Origin: Parcubacteria group bacterium
GTDB taxonomy: Bacteria > Patescibacteriota > Microgenomatia > UBA1400 > PJMF01
Assembly (NCBI GenBank): GCA_943350175.1
Contig: CALQZX010000003.1
Location: forward strand, 12,409-76,408
Length of the DNA: 64,000 nt
Reading direction: 5' to 3'
Shown here: in pieces, positions 1-8,364 of the stretch
Layout of the letters: each line of letters opens with the position of its first letter
Numbering within the stretch: the first letter of the stretch is position 1
Notes under the pieces: generated by a model
Told to the model about the DNA's origin: nothing
Seen by the model: only the letters and a program-made list of their open reading frames with translations
The model's database searches: none
Program-made: the position numbers and the translations under genes

Positions 1-234
1 GCCTTTGCCAAGAGCGACATCAATGGCCTTCTGGACCTTATCCTTAGGCATATTGGCTACTCTAGCCTTGTCCAGGATCAAACGTAAAGCAGAATTACTC
101 TTGGGATCACCGGAGCCACCTTGCTTGGCGGCAACTCTAATCAAACGTGAGAGCTGACTAAAAACCTTGCTCTTGAGTGTGTCTTGAGCACCTTTGCGAT
201 TTTTAATATTATTCCATTTGCTGTGACCTGACAT
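1..234 (-). CDS. yebC: YebC/PmpR family regulator (N-terminal part, runs off window start)
   Basis: Manual translation from ATG at 234: [18 protein letters not shown]..., the diagnostic YebC N-terminus; GAAAGG SD upstream. Not in the ORF track. Confidence 0.92.
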   Translation of the reverse strand, partial: MSGHSKWNNIKNRKGAQDTLKSKVFSQLSRLIRVAAKQGGSGDPKSNSALRLILDKARVANMPKDKVQKAIDVALGKG

Positions 235-268
235 ATTAGCCTTTCTATGTGAGGTCTATTATAAACCA

Positions 269-297
269 TTGACATTTGCAGGTGGTACTTGTAACAT
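269..297 (+). promoter_or_regulatory. sigma70-type promoter
   Basis: TTGACA-17 nt-TAACAT upstream of ORF 326. Confidence 0.65.
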
Positions 298-325
298 CTC
301 TAAGATTTTACAGGAAGGTTAAAAA

Positions 326-1063
326 ATGCAGAATCAAGTGCTCCTTAGACAAGAAGCTATCAACGCAGCAAAAAACTCAGATTGGCCACAAGCCATTTTA
401 ATCAACCAAGAAATTATCCAATGTTACGGCAATGACCTCGAGGCGATGAATCGTCTTGGCTTGGCCTTTCTCAAAAATAAGCAAGAAAATGAAGCTAAAA
501 AAACCTTCAAAGAGGTTCTCGATTTGGATAAATCCAACATTATTGCCAATAAACACTTAGAGAAAATCAAAAACAACGAAACAACCGCTGACATCATTTT
601 TGATAAAGATAACGATTTCATCGAAGAACCAGGCAAAAGCAAGATTGTTACCCTGCACCGCTTAACTGGCAAAGATCAGCTTAAAAAATTAAAAGTTGGC
701 CAAGCTTGTTTTCTACAATTAAAAAACAGATACATCAGCCTTATGGATGAGGCCAACAAACACATTGGTGCTTTGCCAGAAGATATTTCTTTCCGTCTGA
801 GCAAACTTATTGCCAACGGCAACGAATACCGCTGCGTCATCTACAAAGTTAACGACAAACAATGTTTGGTGCAAATCAAAGAAACTCTGCGCTCCAAAAA
901 GAACGAGCAAGTTGTTTCCTTCCCAAGTAAAGTTCAAAATAGTCTTGTTTTACCAGATGATTTCATCCTTGAAGAGGATATTCCATTTGAAGTTCTTGGC
1001 GAAGAAGAGGAAGAAGAAGATCTAGACTTGGCCATGGAAAAAATTAACAAAAAAGACGTATAG
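326..1063 (+). CDS. TPR-repeat protein with C-terminal HIRAN-like beta domain and acidic tail
   Basis: TPR pattern (AMNRLGLAFLK..EAKKTFKEVLDLD..N.IA); HIGALPEDIS.RLSKLI resembles HIRAN; AGGAAGG SD. Confidence 0.6.
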   Translation: MQNQVLLRQEAINAAKNSDWPQAILINQEIIQCYGNDLEAMNRLGLAFLKNKQENEAKKTFKEVLDLDKSNIIANKHLEKIKNNETTADIIFDKDNDFIEEPGKSKIVTLHRLTGKDQLKKLKVGQACFLQLKNRYISLMDEANKHIGALPEDISFRLSKLIANGNEYRCVIYKVNDKQCLVQIKETLRSKKNEQVVSFPSKVQNSLVLPDDFILEEDIPFEVLGEEEEEEDLDLAMEKINKKDV

Positions 1064-1873
1064 ATCAGATAAATCTTTTCCTATATAAATCACCAAAGCC
1101 GCTCTGTGCTTCTGAGTTTCCTGTTTATCGACGGCCACCATGCTTTCAGGCAAGATTTTGCCCAATTTACTCAGCAGTTTGCCACAGGATTTTTCGTCAC
1201 TATCGTAGAATATTTTAGTTTGAGCTAAATCATCTGCATTATTGTCTTTTTTAATGATCGAAAAAGCACTTTTTTCCAAGATATTAGCCAAGGAACTAGC
1301 CAGACCAGATTCTCCAGTGGTATTGATCAGGGCGACAGGACAATTAAACATCGGCTCCATTAGCTGAGATTTCTCTTGGTCAATTCTCTGCTCTTTCCAC
1401 AAAAGTTCTCTGTCTTTTAGGAAAAGATAAAAGATTTTTCGATCTTTGAAAAAATCTAGCAGACTTTCTCTACTTAAATCATTTGATGGATATTCATAAC
1501 TTTGATCAAAGGCTGTATTCAGAAGAAAAGCGTAGACTAGATTCTTTTTTAGAGAGCCAGCGAGACTGGCTTCTTTTTCTAGGCCACTAAAATCAAAATT
1601 ACTTTGACGAAGATCTGTCACAACCATCTGGTTATTATTTACATTAAAAAAAAGAATGGCGACTGGTTTTTGATTATTAATCAGCAGAACGCGTTCGTTT
1701 TCTTTCAATCTGTAAAGATTGCTTAATTCAATTTTGATTGCTAGGAAGGACAAAAACAGTACTAATAAAACCAAAATTACCGAAAAAATTAGCTTATGAT
1801 TGAGCTTCTTGGAATTTTTGAGAAGTTTGACTTTGCTCGGCTTGGTTTTTTTATTTGAATAATCACGCAGCAT
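1022..1873 (-). CDS. membrane-anchored LytR/CpsA/Psr-like protein with LytR C-terminal domain
   Basis: N-terminal TM helix; VALINTTGESGLAS..ANIL...IYIGKD matches LytR_C; ATG 1873 preferred over the track start, which lies inside a terminator. Confidence 0.65.
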   Translation of the reverse strand: MLRDYSNKKTKPSKVKLLKNSKKLNHKLIFSVILVLLVLFLSFLAIKIELSNLYRLKENERVLLINNQKPVAILFFNVNNNQMVVTDLRQSNFDFSGLEKEASLAGSLKKNLVYAFLLNTAFDQSYEYPSNDLSRESLLDFFKDRKIFYLFLKDRELLWKEQRIDQEKSQLMEPMFNCPVALINTTGESGLASSLANILEKSAFSIIKKDNNADDLAQTKIFYDSDEKSCGKLLSKLGKILPESMVAVDKQETQKHRAALVIYIGKDLSDLYVFFVNFFHGQV

Positions 1874-1893
1874 AACTCTTCTTACCATGCTAC

Positions 1894-1926
1894 AAAAAAG
1901 CCCGCTCTGTAACAAGCGGGCTTTTA
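1894..1926. terminator. intrinsic terminator after rpsB-tsf (bidirectional appearance)
   Basis: AAAAGCCCGCT / AGCGGGCTTTT stem with flanking A/T tracts. Confidence 0.8.
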
Positions 1927-1944
1927 TTATTTCTCGAAAGATTT

Positions 1945-2403
1945 TTAAGAACCAATAGCAAAACGCTCGAATCTGTTCAAAATCATTTTCTCACCGATTT
2001 TACCGCTGAGAGATTTGATGACTAATTCAACAGTTTTCTCTGGATCTTTGATGGCATCTTGTTGAAGCAATTCCTCAACATTCTCTGCACCCATAGCTGC
2101 GACTTGCATAGCAATGTCACGAGTCATTTGACGAAAATCTTCGTTTTGGGCCACAAAGTCAGTTTCGCAAAGCATTTCAACCATAGAAGCAACCATGCCA
2201 GTATTGTGAGTATAAGTGGCTATGTAGCCTACTTTTGTCTCACGATCTTGGTTCTTCTCTGCTCTAGCCAAACCTTTGGCTTCGACAATGGCGACAGCTT
2301 TATCTAAATCACCTTCAGCTTCTTGCAAAGCTTTTTGACAATCCAAAATTCTGGCACCAGTAATTTCTCTTAGTTTTTTGATTTCATCCATTGAAATGGC
2401 CAT
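1945..2403 (-). CDS. tsf: elongation factor Ts (short form)
   Basis: IKKLREITGA..DCQKAL and EMLCETDFVA motifs; downstream of rpsB. Confidence 0.96.
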   Translation of the reverse strand: MAISMDEIKKLREITGARILDCQKALQEAEGDLDKAVAIVEAKGLARAEKNQDRETKVGYIATYTHNTGMVASMVEMLCETDFVAQNEDFRQMTRDIAMQVAAMGAENVEELLQQDAIKDPEKTVELVIKSLSGKIGEKMILNRFERFAIGS

Positions 2404-2406
2404 ATT

Positions 2407-3357
2407 CTACTTTCTGTCAGCACGACCGGCTTTGTAGGCAGCGGTGATTTGATCAACAAAAAATTTAATACTTTTGACAGCATCATCATTACCTGGGATA
2501 ACGAATTGAAGTGGTCTTGGATCACTGTCGGTATCGATCAAAGCGATGACTGGAACGCTGACGTTATTTGCCTCGTCGACGACGATATGTTCTTTTTTAG
2601 GATCAATGACAAAGATACAGTCTGGCTTGGCTTTCAAACCTTTAAGACCTCCGAAGAAGCGTTCGAGTTTGATTTGTTCTTTATCCAATTGAACACGTTC
2701 GTATTTGGTGTAGCCGTTATATTTACCATTGTTTAAACCTTCACGGATTTCTTCCATACGTTTGATGGATTTACTAACTTGAGACCAGTTGGTCAACATA
2801 CCACCCATCCAACGAGCGTTGATGTAGAAGCAAGAAGCGTCAGTGGCAGCCTCTTTAATCACTTCACGTGCTTGTTTCTTAGTACCGACCAAGACTAGGG
2901 TTTTGCCCTCTTTGGCGAGGTTGTAGACGTAAGAATAAGCCTCTTCTAATAGCTCAGCGACCTTTGGCAAATCAAAAAGATGAATGCCGTCTTTTTCACT
3001 GTAAATGTATTCAGCCATTTTTGGATGCCATTTACTAGCCTTGTGACCAAGATGACAGCCTGCTTCCAACATTTCTTGGAGACTAAATTCTGGGTTTTTG
3101 CTGGCGACTGCTTTGACTTCGGCTTTAGCTTCTGCTTTTGGAGCTTCAACTTTAGCGGCTTCAACTACTGGAGCAACAGGAGCGGTCTCGACTTTTGCAG
3201 TATCGACAACTTCAGCTACTTTAGCGACAGCTTCTTTTTTAGCAGCTGGCTTTTTAGCAGCGGCTTTTTTAGGAGCAACAGCTTTGACTTCGGTTTTTTC
3301 AACCTTAGCAACTTTTTTAACTGGAACTTTTTTGGCGGTCTTTTTGACTTCTGCCAT
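2407..3357 (-). CDS. rpsB: 30S ribosomal protein S2 with ~90 aa Lys/Ala/Glu/Val-rich N-terminal extension
   Basis: MLEAGCHLGH..WHPKM, RWMGGMLTN, IPGNDD motifs. Confidence 0.97.
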   Translation of the reverse strand: MAEVKKTAKKVPVKKVAKVEKTEVKAVAPKKAAAKKPAAKKEAVAKVAEVVDTAKVETAPVAPVVEAAKVEAPKAEAKAEVKAVASKNPEFSLQEMLEAGCHLGHKASKWHPKMAEYIYSEKDGIHLFDLPKVAELLEEAYSYVYNLAKEGKTLVLVGTKKQAREVIKEAATDASCFYINARWMGGMLTNWSQVSKSIKRMEEIREGLNNGKYNGYTKYERVQLDKEQIKLERFFGGLKGLKAKPDCIFVIDPKKEHIVVDEANNVSVPVIALIDTDSDPRPLQFVIPGNDDAVKSIKFFVDQITAAYKAGRADRK

Positions 3358-3473
3358 ATATTTGTCCTTTGTTTATTTCCGCTTGTTGATTTCAAGCGAA
3401 ATCAAGGCGAAAAATGGTGTTTAGAGCTAGATAAGGACCAGGCTCTAAGGCACACGAATTTATAATAGAGGGA

Positions 3474-4472
3474 TTATAGCACAGGCTTGAGTAAATCCAA
3501 AGCGTTGGCCATGAGAGAAATCACCGTCATTGGTCCCACGCCGTTTGGTACTGGCGTAATGAAATCGGCTTTATTTAGACAACTTTGCAAATCAATATCT
3601 CCCTGTGGTTCACCAACATCAATGAGGATGCTGTGGGGAGCGATTAGCTCGCCACGCAGGAGATTTTTCTGGCCGGTGGCACTGATGATAACGCGAAAAT
3701 CTGATAAGGACTTTCTTTGTTCAATAATATCTTCTAAGCCCTGTTTACCAACCAATTTAACTTCGCATTTTTTATCATTTTCTTGTGCCTTAGCCACCGA
3801 AACTTGGCAAGCTTCACCAAAGGCTTGAGGGACTGTGGCACCATGCTGCATTAGGTTTTTGATGTGCCAATAAAGTGGCTTGCCAAGCAAATCTGACTGG
3901 CCGATGATAAGAACATTTTCTGTCAGATACGAAAAATCTGGATCGATATTGGCGCGATAATCTTTGAGAATTGAAAGCACTGCTCTAGCTGTGGCTGGCA
4001 AAACCATACCATCTTGCATCCAGGTTCCATTTTTAATCGCCGTCAAAGTGGCTGGTGCTAGACCATCCACATCTTTATTAACGCCGTGGCTTTGTTTGGT
4101 GGCGATGTGCGAAACGAGACCCGACCACCACTTGGAAAAGTCGCCATTTGGGACTGCCTCCAACCATTTCTTGGTCCAAGGCTTTTGAATGATGATGCCG
4201 GTGACGCTCGAATCAGAGTTAAGCGAATCAATGTACTCTTGAATCTCTTCTACTGGATCAGCAAAAGAAAAGGCTTTGGCTTGATAAGCAATGCCAAGGT
4301 TCTCTGCAGTTTGTTTTTTTAGTGAGGTATAAAGAGCCGAAGCCGCATCTTCTTTAAAAAAGATGGCTGCCACCTTGGGATAAATTCCCTTGGCATGATA
4401 AACAGCCACCTTTGTTTTTAATTTAAGGGCCTTCTGCTTGGCTAGTTGTTCTCCATTGAAAATCAAGGTCAT
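3474..4472 (-). CDS. folD: methylenetetrahydrofolate dehydrogenase/cyclohydrolase
   Basis: KDVDGL, PATARAV, GQSDLLGKPL, ITPVPNGVGPMT motifs. Confidence 0.93.
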   Translation of the reverse strand: MTLIFNGEQLAKQKALKLKTKVAVYHAKGIYPKVAAIFFKEDAASALYTSLKKQTAENLGIAYQAKAFSFADPVEEIQEYIDSLNSDSSVTGIIIQKPWTKKWLEAVPNGDFSKWWSGLVSHIATKQSHGVNKDVDGLAPATLTAIKNGTWMQDGMVLPATARAVLSILKDYRANIDPDFSYLTENVLIIGQSDLLGKPLYWHIKNLMQHGATVPQAFGEACQVSVAKAQENDKKCEVKLVGKQGLEDIIEQRKSLSDFRVIISATGQKNLLRGELIAPHSILIDVGEPQGDIDLQSCLNKADFITPVPNGVGPMTVISLMANALDLLKPVL

Positions 4473-4481
4473 ATCAATATT

Positions 4482-5816
4482 CTACCAGGTGAACAGTGGG
4501 AACTTGCTGGCGACTTCTTTTACTTCAGCTCTAATTTTCAAAAGCACTTCATCTTTGACAATTCTCTTTTTAAATTCCTTCAAAAAGAGGCGGCGGGCGG
4601 TTTTTTCAGCTGGTAATTGTTCGCCTTTTATATGGTCAACTACCCTGGCAATCCATTGAGCAATTTTTGTCATCTCTGCCTCTTTCATACCTCTGGTAGT
4701 GACCAGTGGTGTGCCGATACGAATGCCTGATGGATAGAAAGGTGAGCATGGCTCATTTGGGATAGTATTGCGATTGGCGTAAATTCCAGCCACGTCCATT
4801 GCAAAAGCCACTTGGGTGCCAAAACCATCACCAAAAGTGGTCAAATCGATCAAGATTAAGTGGTTTTCTGTGCCATCACCTACTAATTTGAGACCTTCTT
4901 GTTGCAAAGCAGCTGCTAAGGCATCAGCATTCTTACGGATCTGTTTGCCATAGGCTTTAAACTCAGGTTTCATGGCTTCACCAGCAGCAATGGCAATCGC
5001 TGCAGTGGTTTCATTATGAGGACCACCCTGCAAAGCTGGAAAGACGGCTTTATCAATTTTATCTGCCAAATCTGCATCTTTTTCTAAACCACGCTGTGTA
5101 ACCAGAATCATTGCTCCACGAGGACCGCGAAATGTTTTATGAGTGGTTGACATCACCACGTGCGCATATGGCACCGGGCTTGGATGCTCGCCTGCTACGA
5201 CTAGGCCAGTGATGTGAGAAATATCTGCCAGAAGATAAGCACCTACTTCATCTGCAATTTCCGCAAATTTTTTGAAGTCCAGAGTAAAAGGATAAGCAGT
5301 GGTGCCAGCCACAATTAATTTTGGCTTATGCTTGAGAGCCAGCTGACGTACTTCTTCATAGTCGATGCGAGCGTTTTTATCCAAGCCATATTGAACTGGA
5401 TTGAAATATCGTCCAGAGAAAGTCACCTTTGGATGACCGTGAGTTAGATGTCCGCCGCTAGAAAGAGCCAAACCCATCATGGTGTCCCCTTCTTCTAGCA
5501 AAGCAAACTCAACCGCTGAATTAGCTGGTGAACCAGAATAAGGTTGAACGTTGACGTACGGCACGTCAAATAATTTTTTGAGACGCTCTTGAGCTTCAAT
5601 TTCAATCTCATCGATCATCTGATTGCCTTCGTAATAGCGACGCTTAGGATAGCCTTCGGCATATTTGCTGGACAAGCAAGAAGATAAGACACTGCGCACA
5701 TCATCTGAACTTTGGTTTTCTGAAGGGATCAAGCCAATCATTTCTTTTTGGCGCTGCTCTTCTTTTTGGATGAGATTGAAGATGAGGTCTTTGTTTTTGT
5801 TGGTGTTTTTTTTCAT
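4482..5816 (-). CDS. glyA: serine hydroxymethyltransferase
   Basis: LIPSEN, KYAEGYP..RYY, GGHLTHG, TTHKTFRGPRG motifs. Confidence 0.98.
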   Translation of the reverse strand: MKKNTNKNKDLIFNLIQKEEQRQKEMIGLIPSENQSSDDVRSVLSSCLSSKYAEGYPKRRYYEGNQMIDEIEIEAQERLKKLFDVPYVNVQPYSGSPANSAVEFALLEEGDTMMGLALSSGGHLTHGHPKVTFSGRYFNPVQYGLDKNARIDYEEVRQLALKHKPKLIVAGTTAYPFTLDFKKFAEIADEVGAYLLADISHITGLVVAGEHPSPVPYAHVVMSTTHKTFRGPRGAMILVTQRGLEKDADLADKIDKAVFPALQGGPHNETTAAIAIAAGEAMKPEFKAYGKQIRKNADALAAALQQEGLKLVGDGTENHLILIDLTTFGDGFGTQVAFAMDVAGIYANRNTIPNEPCSPFYPSGIRIGTPLVTTRGMKEAEMTKIAQWIARVVDHIKGEQLPAEKTARRLFLKEFKKRIVKDEVLLKIRAEVKEVASKFPLFTW

Positions 5817-5846
5817 TTTATTTTTCCTTTATAGTTTGATTGTAAC

Positions 5847-6467
5847 TTATTTTGATTTTTTCAGCCAATTAACAGCTAAATATGTAAATGGCGTTTCCAC
5901 CATCGAGAACAAACATTTAAGCCCCCAGTATGGCAAGACTAAAGACCAAACAAATCCGGTATTACTACCGCTCCAAAAAGCCAAAAACATAAAAATACTG
6001 GTGTCAAAAAACAAACTAACTATATTTGAGGCATTACTGCGTAACCATAAACCGCTGTCTTTGAAACGCGATCTAATTTTGGCGAAAATAAGGATGTCCA
6101 TGCGTTCCGCCAAGAAAAAAGCAACCAAACTAGCCAAAGTCATGCGTAGTGATTTGCCAAAAATAGTCTGGTAAGCTGGCTCAAAGCTAGCTGAGCGAGC
6201 GCTTGGTGGCAAACTAATGGCTAACACATTAAATAAAGCCAATAAAACTAAAATTATAAAAGTACTGCGCATGAAGCTAAGCGATCTGGCTTTGCCTTCT
6301 ACCTCAGTCACCACGTCATTAATGATGAAAGTAATTGGCAGGGTAAAAATTGCCACTGAGGCATTGAGAAATAAAATTGGAAAAGTTTTGGCTCCCATTA
6401 ATTCTGCTGCGACGATGGAAGTAATGTAAATTGCTAATAAAAGGTCGAGTTTGTTGATTCTGGTCAT
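5847..6467 (-). CDS. yhhQ: queuosine precursor transporter (YhhQ/Vut_1 family)
   Basis: Multi-TM; PITFIINDVVTEVEG, RMTLASLVAF, WLRSNAS..VS..FDT..F motifs. Confidence 0.88.
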   Translation of the reverse strand: MTRINKLDLLLAIYITSIVAAELMGAKTFPILFLNASVAIFTLPITFIINDVVTEVEGKARSLSFMRSTFIILVLLALFNVLAISLPPSARSASFEPAYQTIFGKSLRMTLASLVAFFLAERMDILIFAKIRSRFKDSGLWLRSNASNIVSLFFDTSIFMFLAFWSGSNTGFVWSLVLPYWGLKCLFSMVETPFTYLAVNWLKKSK

Positions 6468-6492
6468 TGGATTCTTTCTTAAAAAAATTAAT

Positions 6493-6519
6493 AAAAACGA
6501 AAAGCGCTAAAATAAGCGC
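6493..6519 (-). terminator. weak intrinsic terminator between leader ORF and yhhQ
   Basis: Minus strand GCGCT-TATTTT-AGCGC followed by TTTTCGTTTTT. Confidence 0.4.
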
Positions 6520-6541
6520 AAAAAAATGGAAAACAAAACTC

Positions 6542-6589
6542 TTAGAGAGTGGCGTAGGAGAGCTGGAAGTGGAATGCAGCTTTAAACAT
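6542..6589 (-). CDS. putative leaderless leader peptide MFKAAFHFQLSYATL
   Basis: ATG 7 nt after the -10 of a TTGCTA-17-TACAAT promoter (6625-6597); TAA at 6544-6542. Confidence 0.5.
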   Translation of the reverse strand: MFKAAFHFQLSYATL

Positions 6590-6638
6590 GGTTTGAATTG
6601 TAGAGGATGAAACTGGAGATAGCAATAAGTATCCCAAT

Positions 6639-7538
6639 TTAAGCCACATAAACTGGAGCGTTAGAATTAATGGAGTGCAAAATTGCTTGCAATTCCTCCT
6701 GCTTAGGAGATTGTCTAAACTGCGCGAAACTATAGCCCTTATCTGCTAGTTCTCTTGGCACCTTAGATGTTGTTCTTATTTTGTTGCTGGCGCAAAGCAT
6801 TTCAAAAACCTCTAGATGAGTATTTGATTTCAAAATCATTCCGCTAGCTAAGGCACCTCTTAGATAAAGTTCTAAGAGCTCAGAATCTATTGGGTCTGCA
6901 ATTACCTCAACAAAATCAGTAAAGTTATGGCTGCTGCCATTTATCGTCGCTGTCGAAATTTCCCAAACTACTCTTATTTTGCCAGTTTTTGGCCGGACAT
7001 AAGTTCTATACAAACTTTCTCTCAAAGCCATATATTCTATTTCTTTCAACTTAGCGTGCTTGCGCTCTAATTTGTGATGTTGCTCCAATTCGCCAGTCTC
7101 TTGACTAGCAATAAATGAATTAATATCGCCACCGACAAATATAATTCCCTTAAGCAATTCTTGAATCAACTGATCGTTCAAATTGGCTTGCAAAGCAATA
7201 TTGAGCTCTTTTAATAAAAACATTAATTCTGGAAATTTGTCAGTTAAATATTTATCTTTGGCAAATTTAGCCTTGTAGGTTGCTGCATCAATTGCCCTTT
7301 CTAGAGCTGGCTCATCTTGAGTTGAAGGCAATTGTAAAACTCGACCATTGTCAAAGTGGACTGCTGGATCAATTAAAGCAACCACAATATCCATAGCTGC
7401 TTTGGCTTTATCATATTTACCAGTATTAATAATCAATTGCGAAACTTGCGCAAAAGCTTCCCTAAGCCCTTCTTTCCTCTGGTCTCTTGCCCATTGTTCT
7501 GCTTCAATCGTATCGGATCTAAAAATCTCAACCGACAT
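6639..7538 (-). CDS. hypothetical protein, possibly a divergent Maf/ITPase-fold nucleotide pyrophosphatase
   Basis: Order of weak Maf-like motifs (R..L, DE, A..KA, GGD, K, E...Y); overlaps the PRT stop. Confidence 0.4.
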   Translation of the reverse strand: MSVEIFRSDTIEAEQWARDQRKEGLREAFAQVSQLIINTGKYDKAKAAMDIVVALIDPAVHFDNGRVLQLPSTQDEPALERAIDAATYKAKFAKDKYLTDKFPELMFLLKELNIALQANLNDQLIQELLKGIIFVGGDINSFIASQETGELEQHHKLERKHAKLKEIEYMALRESLYRTYVRPKTGKIRVVWEISTATINGSSHNFTDFVEVIADPIDSELLELYLRGALASGMILKSNTHLEVFEMLCASNKIRTTSKVPRELADKGYSFAQFRQSPKQEELQAILHSINSNAPVYVA

Positions 7539-8133
7539 TTTTCAAAACCTCCATAAATCCTAATTTTTTGTAACGATTTAAAATAGTTTTTTCCTCTATC
7601 CCCTGCTCTCGCCAGTTTTTGCCTAGTAAATCAATCATTTCACGTTTCTCAAAAGGAAAAATAATCCAAGCCTCCGTACTAGTCCCATGGAAATCTGGCA
7701 TAAAAGTTGACCAAGGTTTGATGAGTAAAGTCGCTGTTTTAATAATCCCCGCCCCCTGTTGTTGCAAATAACTTTGAGCGAAACGAAGTGACTCACCACT
7801 ATCTGCCACATCGTCAAAAATTAAGATATTTTTTCCCTTAATTTCTACTGAGTTGGGAATCTCTTGGTAAATTTCTGGTTTTTCTAAACGTTTGTTAATG
7901 CCTTTGTAAAATTTAACTCCCAAACTGGCCAACTCTTTAATACTAGAATAATCAACAAAAGAGCGGCTCATCGGCCAAGCCCCCTTGGCGAGAGCAACCA
8001 CTAAATCAAAATGAATTTCTGAGGTTTTAACCTGCCTGGCAATATCCAGTGTCAAGCTGTCGAGCTGATCCCAGCTCGGAGTAATATACTTGGCTTTGTC
8101 GCCTTGGAAACTGATTTCTTGAAAAGCAATCAT
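7528..8133 (-). CDS. type I phosphoribosyltransferase (purine-salvage-like)
   Basis: ILIFDDVADSGESL PRPP loop; ALAKGA; WIIFPFE. Confidence 0.88.
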   Translation of the reverse strand: MIAFQEISFQGDKAKYITPSWDQLDSLTLDIARQVKTSEIHFDLVVALAKGAWPMSRSFVDYSSIKELASLGVKFYKGINKRLEKPEIYQEIPNSVEIKGKNILIFDDVADSGESLRFAQSYLQQQGAGIIKTATLLIKPWSTFMPDFHGTSTEAWIIFPFEKREMIDLLGKNWREQGIEEKTILNRYKKLGFMEVLKNVG

Positions 8134-8170
8134 TTGTTCCTTTCACCAAGCCTTTTTGTAAGAATGGCTT

Positions 8171-8224
8171 TGCATCTTTCGCACCAGCTACTTTTTGCTT
8201 TGCAAAAAGATAGGGTTCGAAATA
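8171..8224. repeat. dispersed imperfect palindrome, copy 1
   Basis: TGCATCTTTCGCACCAGCTACTTTTTGC..TGCAAAAAGATAGGGTTCGAAATA aligns with 20003-20066. Confidence 0.75.
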
Positions 8225-8340
8225 AAAAAAAGACGTCCACTTTTTCTTATTCGCTTGGTGTCCCCCTGACTTTTGATCAGGTTTGTTACTTGGGAATACG
8301 AAAAACTAAACGTCTTCGCACTCTTACTATTTTTTAACTA
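8222..8340 (-). ncRNA. candidate structured RNA/attenuator leader (long hairpin plus U tract)
   Basis: Extended -10 TGTTATAAT near 8347-8355; AAGACGT/ACGTCTT and TTTTTCGTATTC/GAATAAGAAAAA stems, 12x12 bubble, CCTGAT/GTCAGG tip, then a U run. Confidence 0.5.
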
Positions 8341-8364
8341 AAGATTATTATAACAGCGGCAATG

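Noticed and set aside
2449-3465. plus-strand ORFs opposite rpsB and the many other short overlapping ORFs in the track
   Set aside because: Antisense or alternate-frame shadows of well-supported genes with no independent motifs.
6468-6638. preQ1 riboswitch upstream of yhhQ
   Set aside because: An AGCUG/CAGCU stem exists, but the A-rich tail and loop signature of preQ1-I are absent.
8229-8316. TPP (ACCUGAUC), c-di-GMP-I (CAAACC...GGGAC), SRP or 6S RNA
   Set aside because: Only short word matches: no CUGAGA, GNRA loop/receptor arm or SRP helix-8 loop, and too short for 6S.
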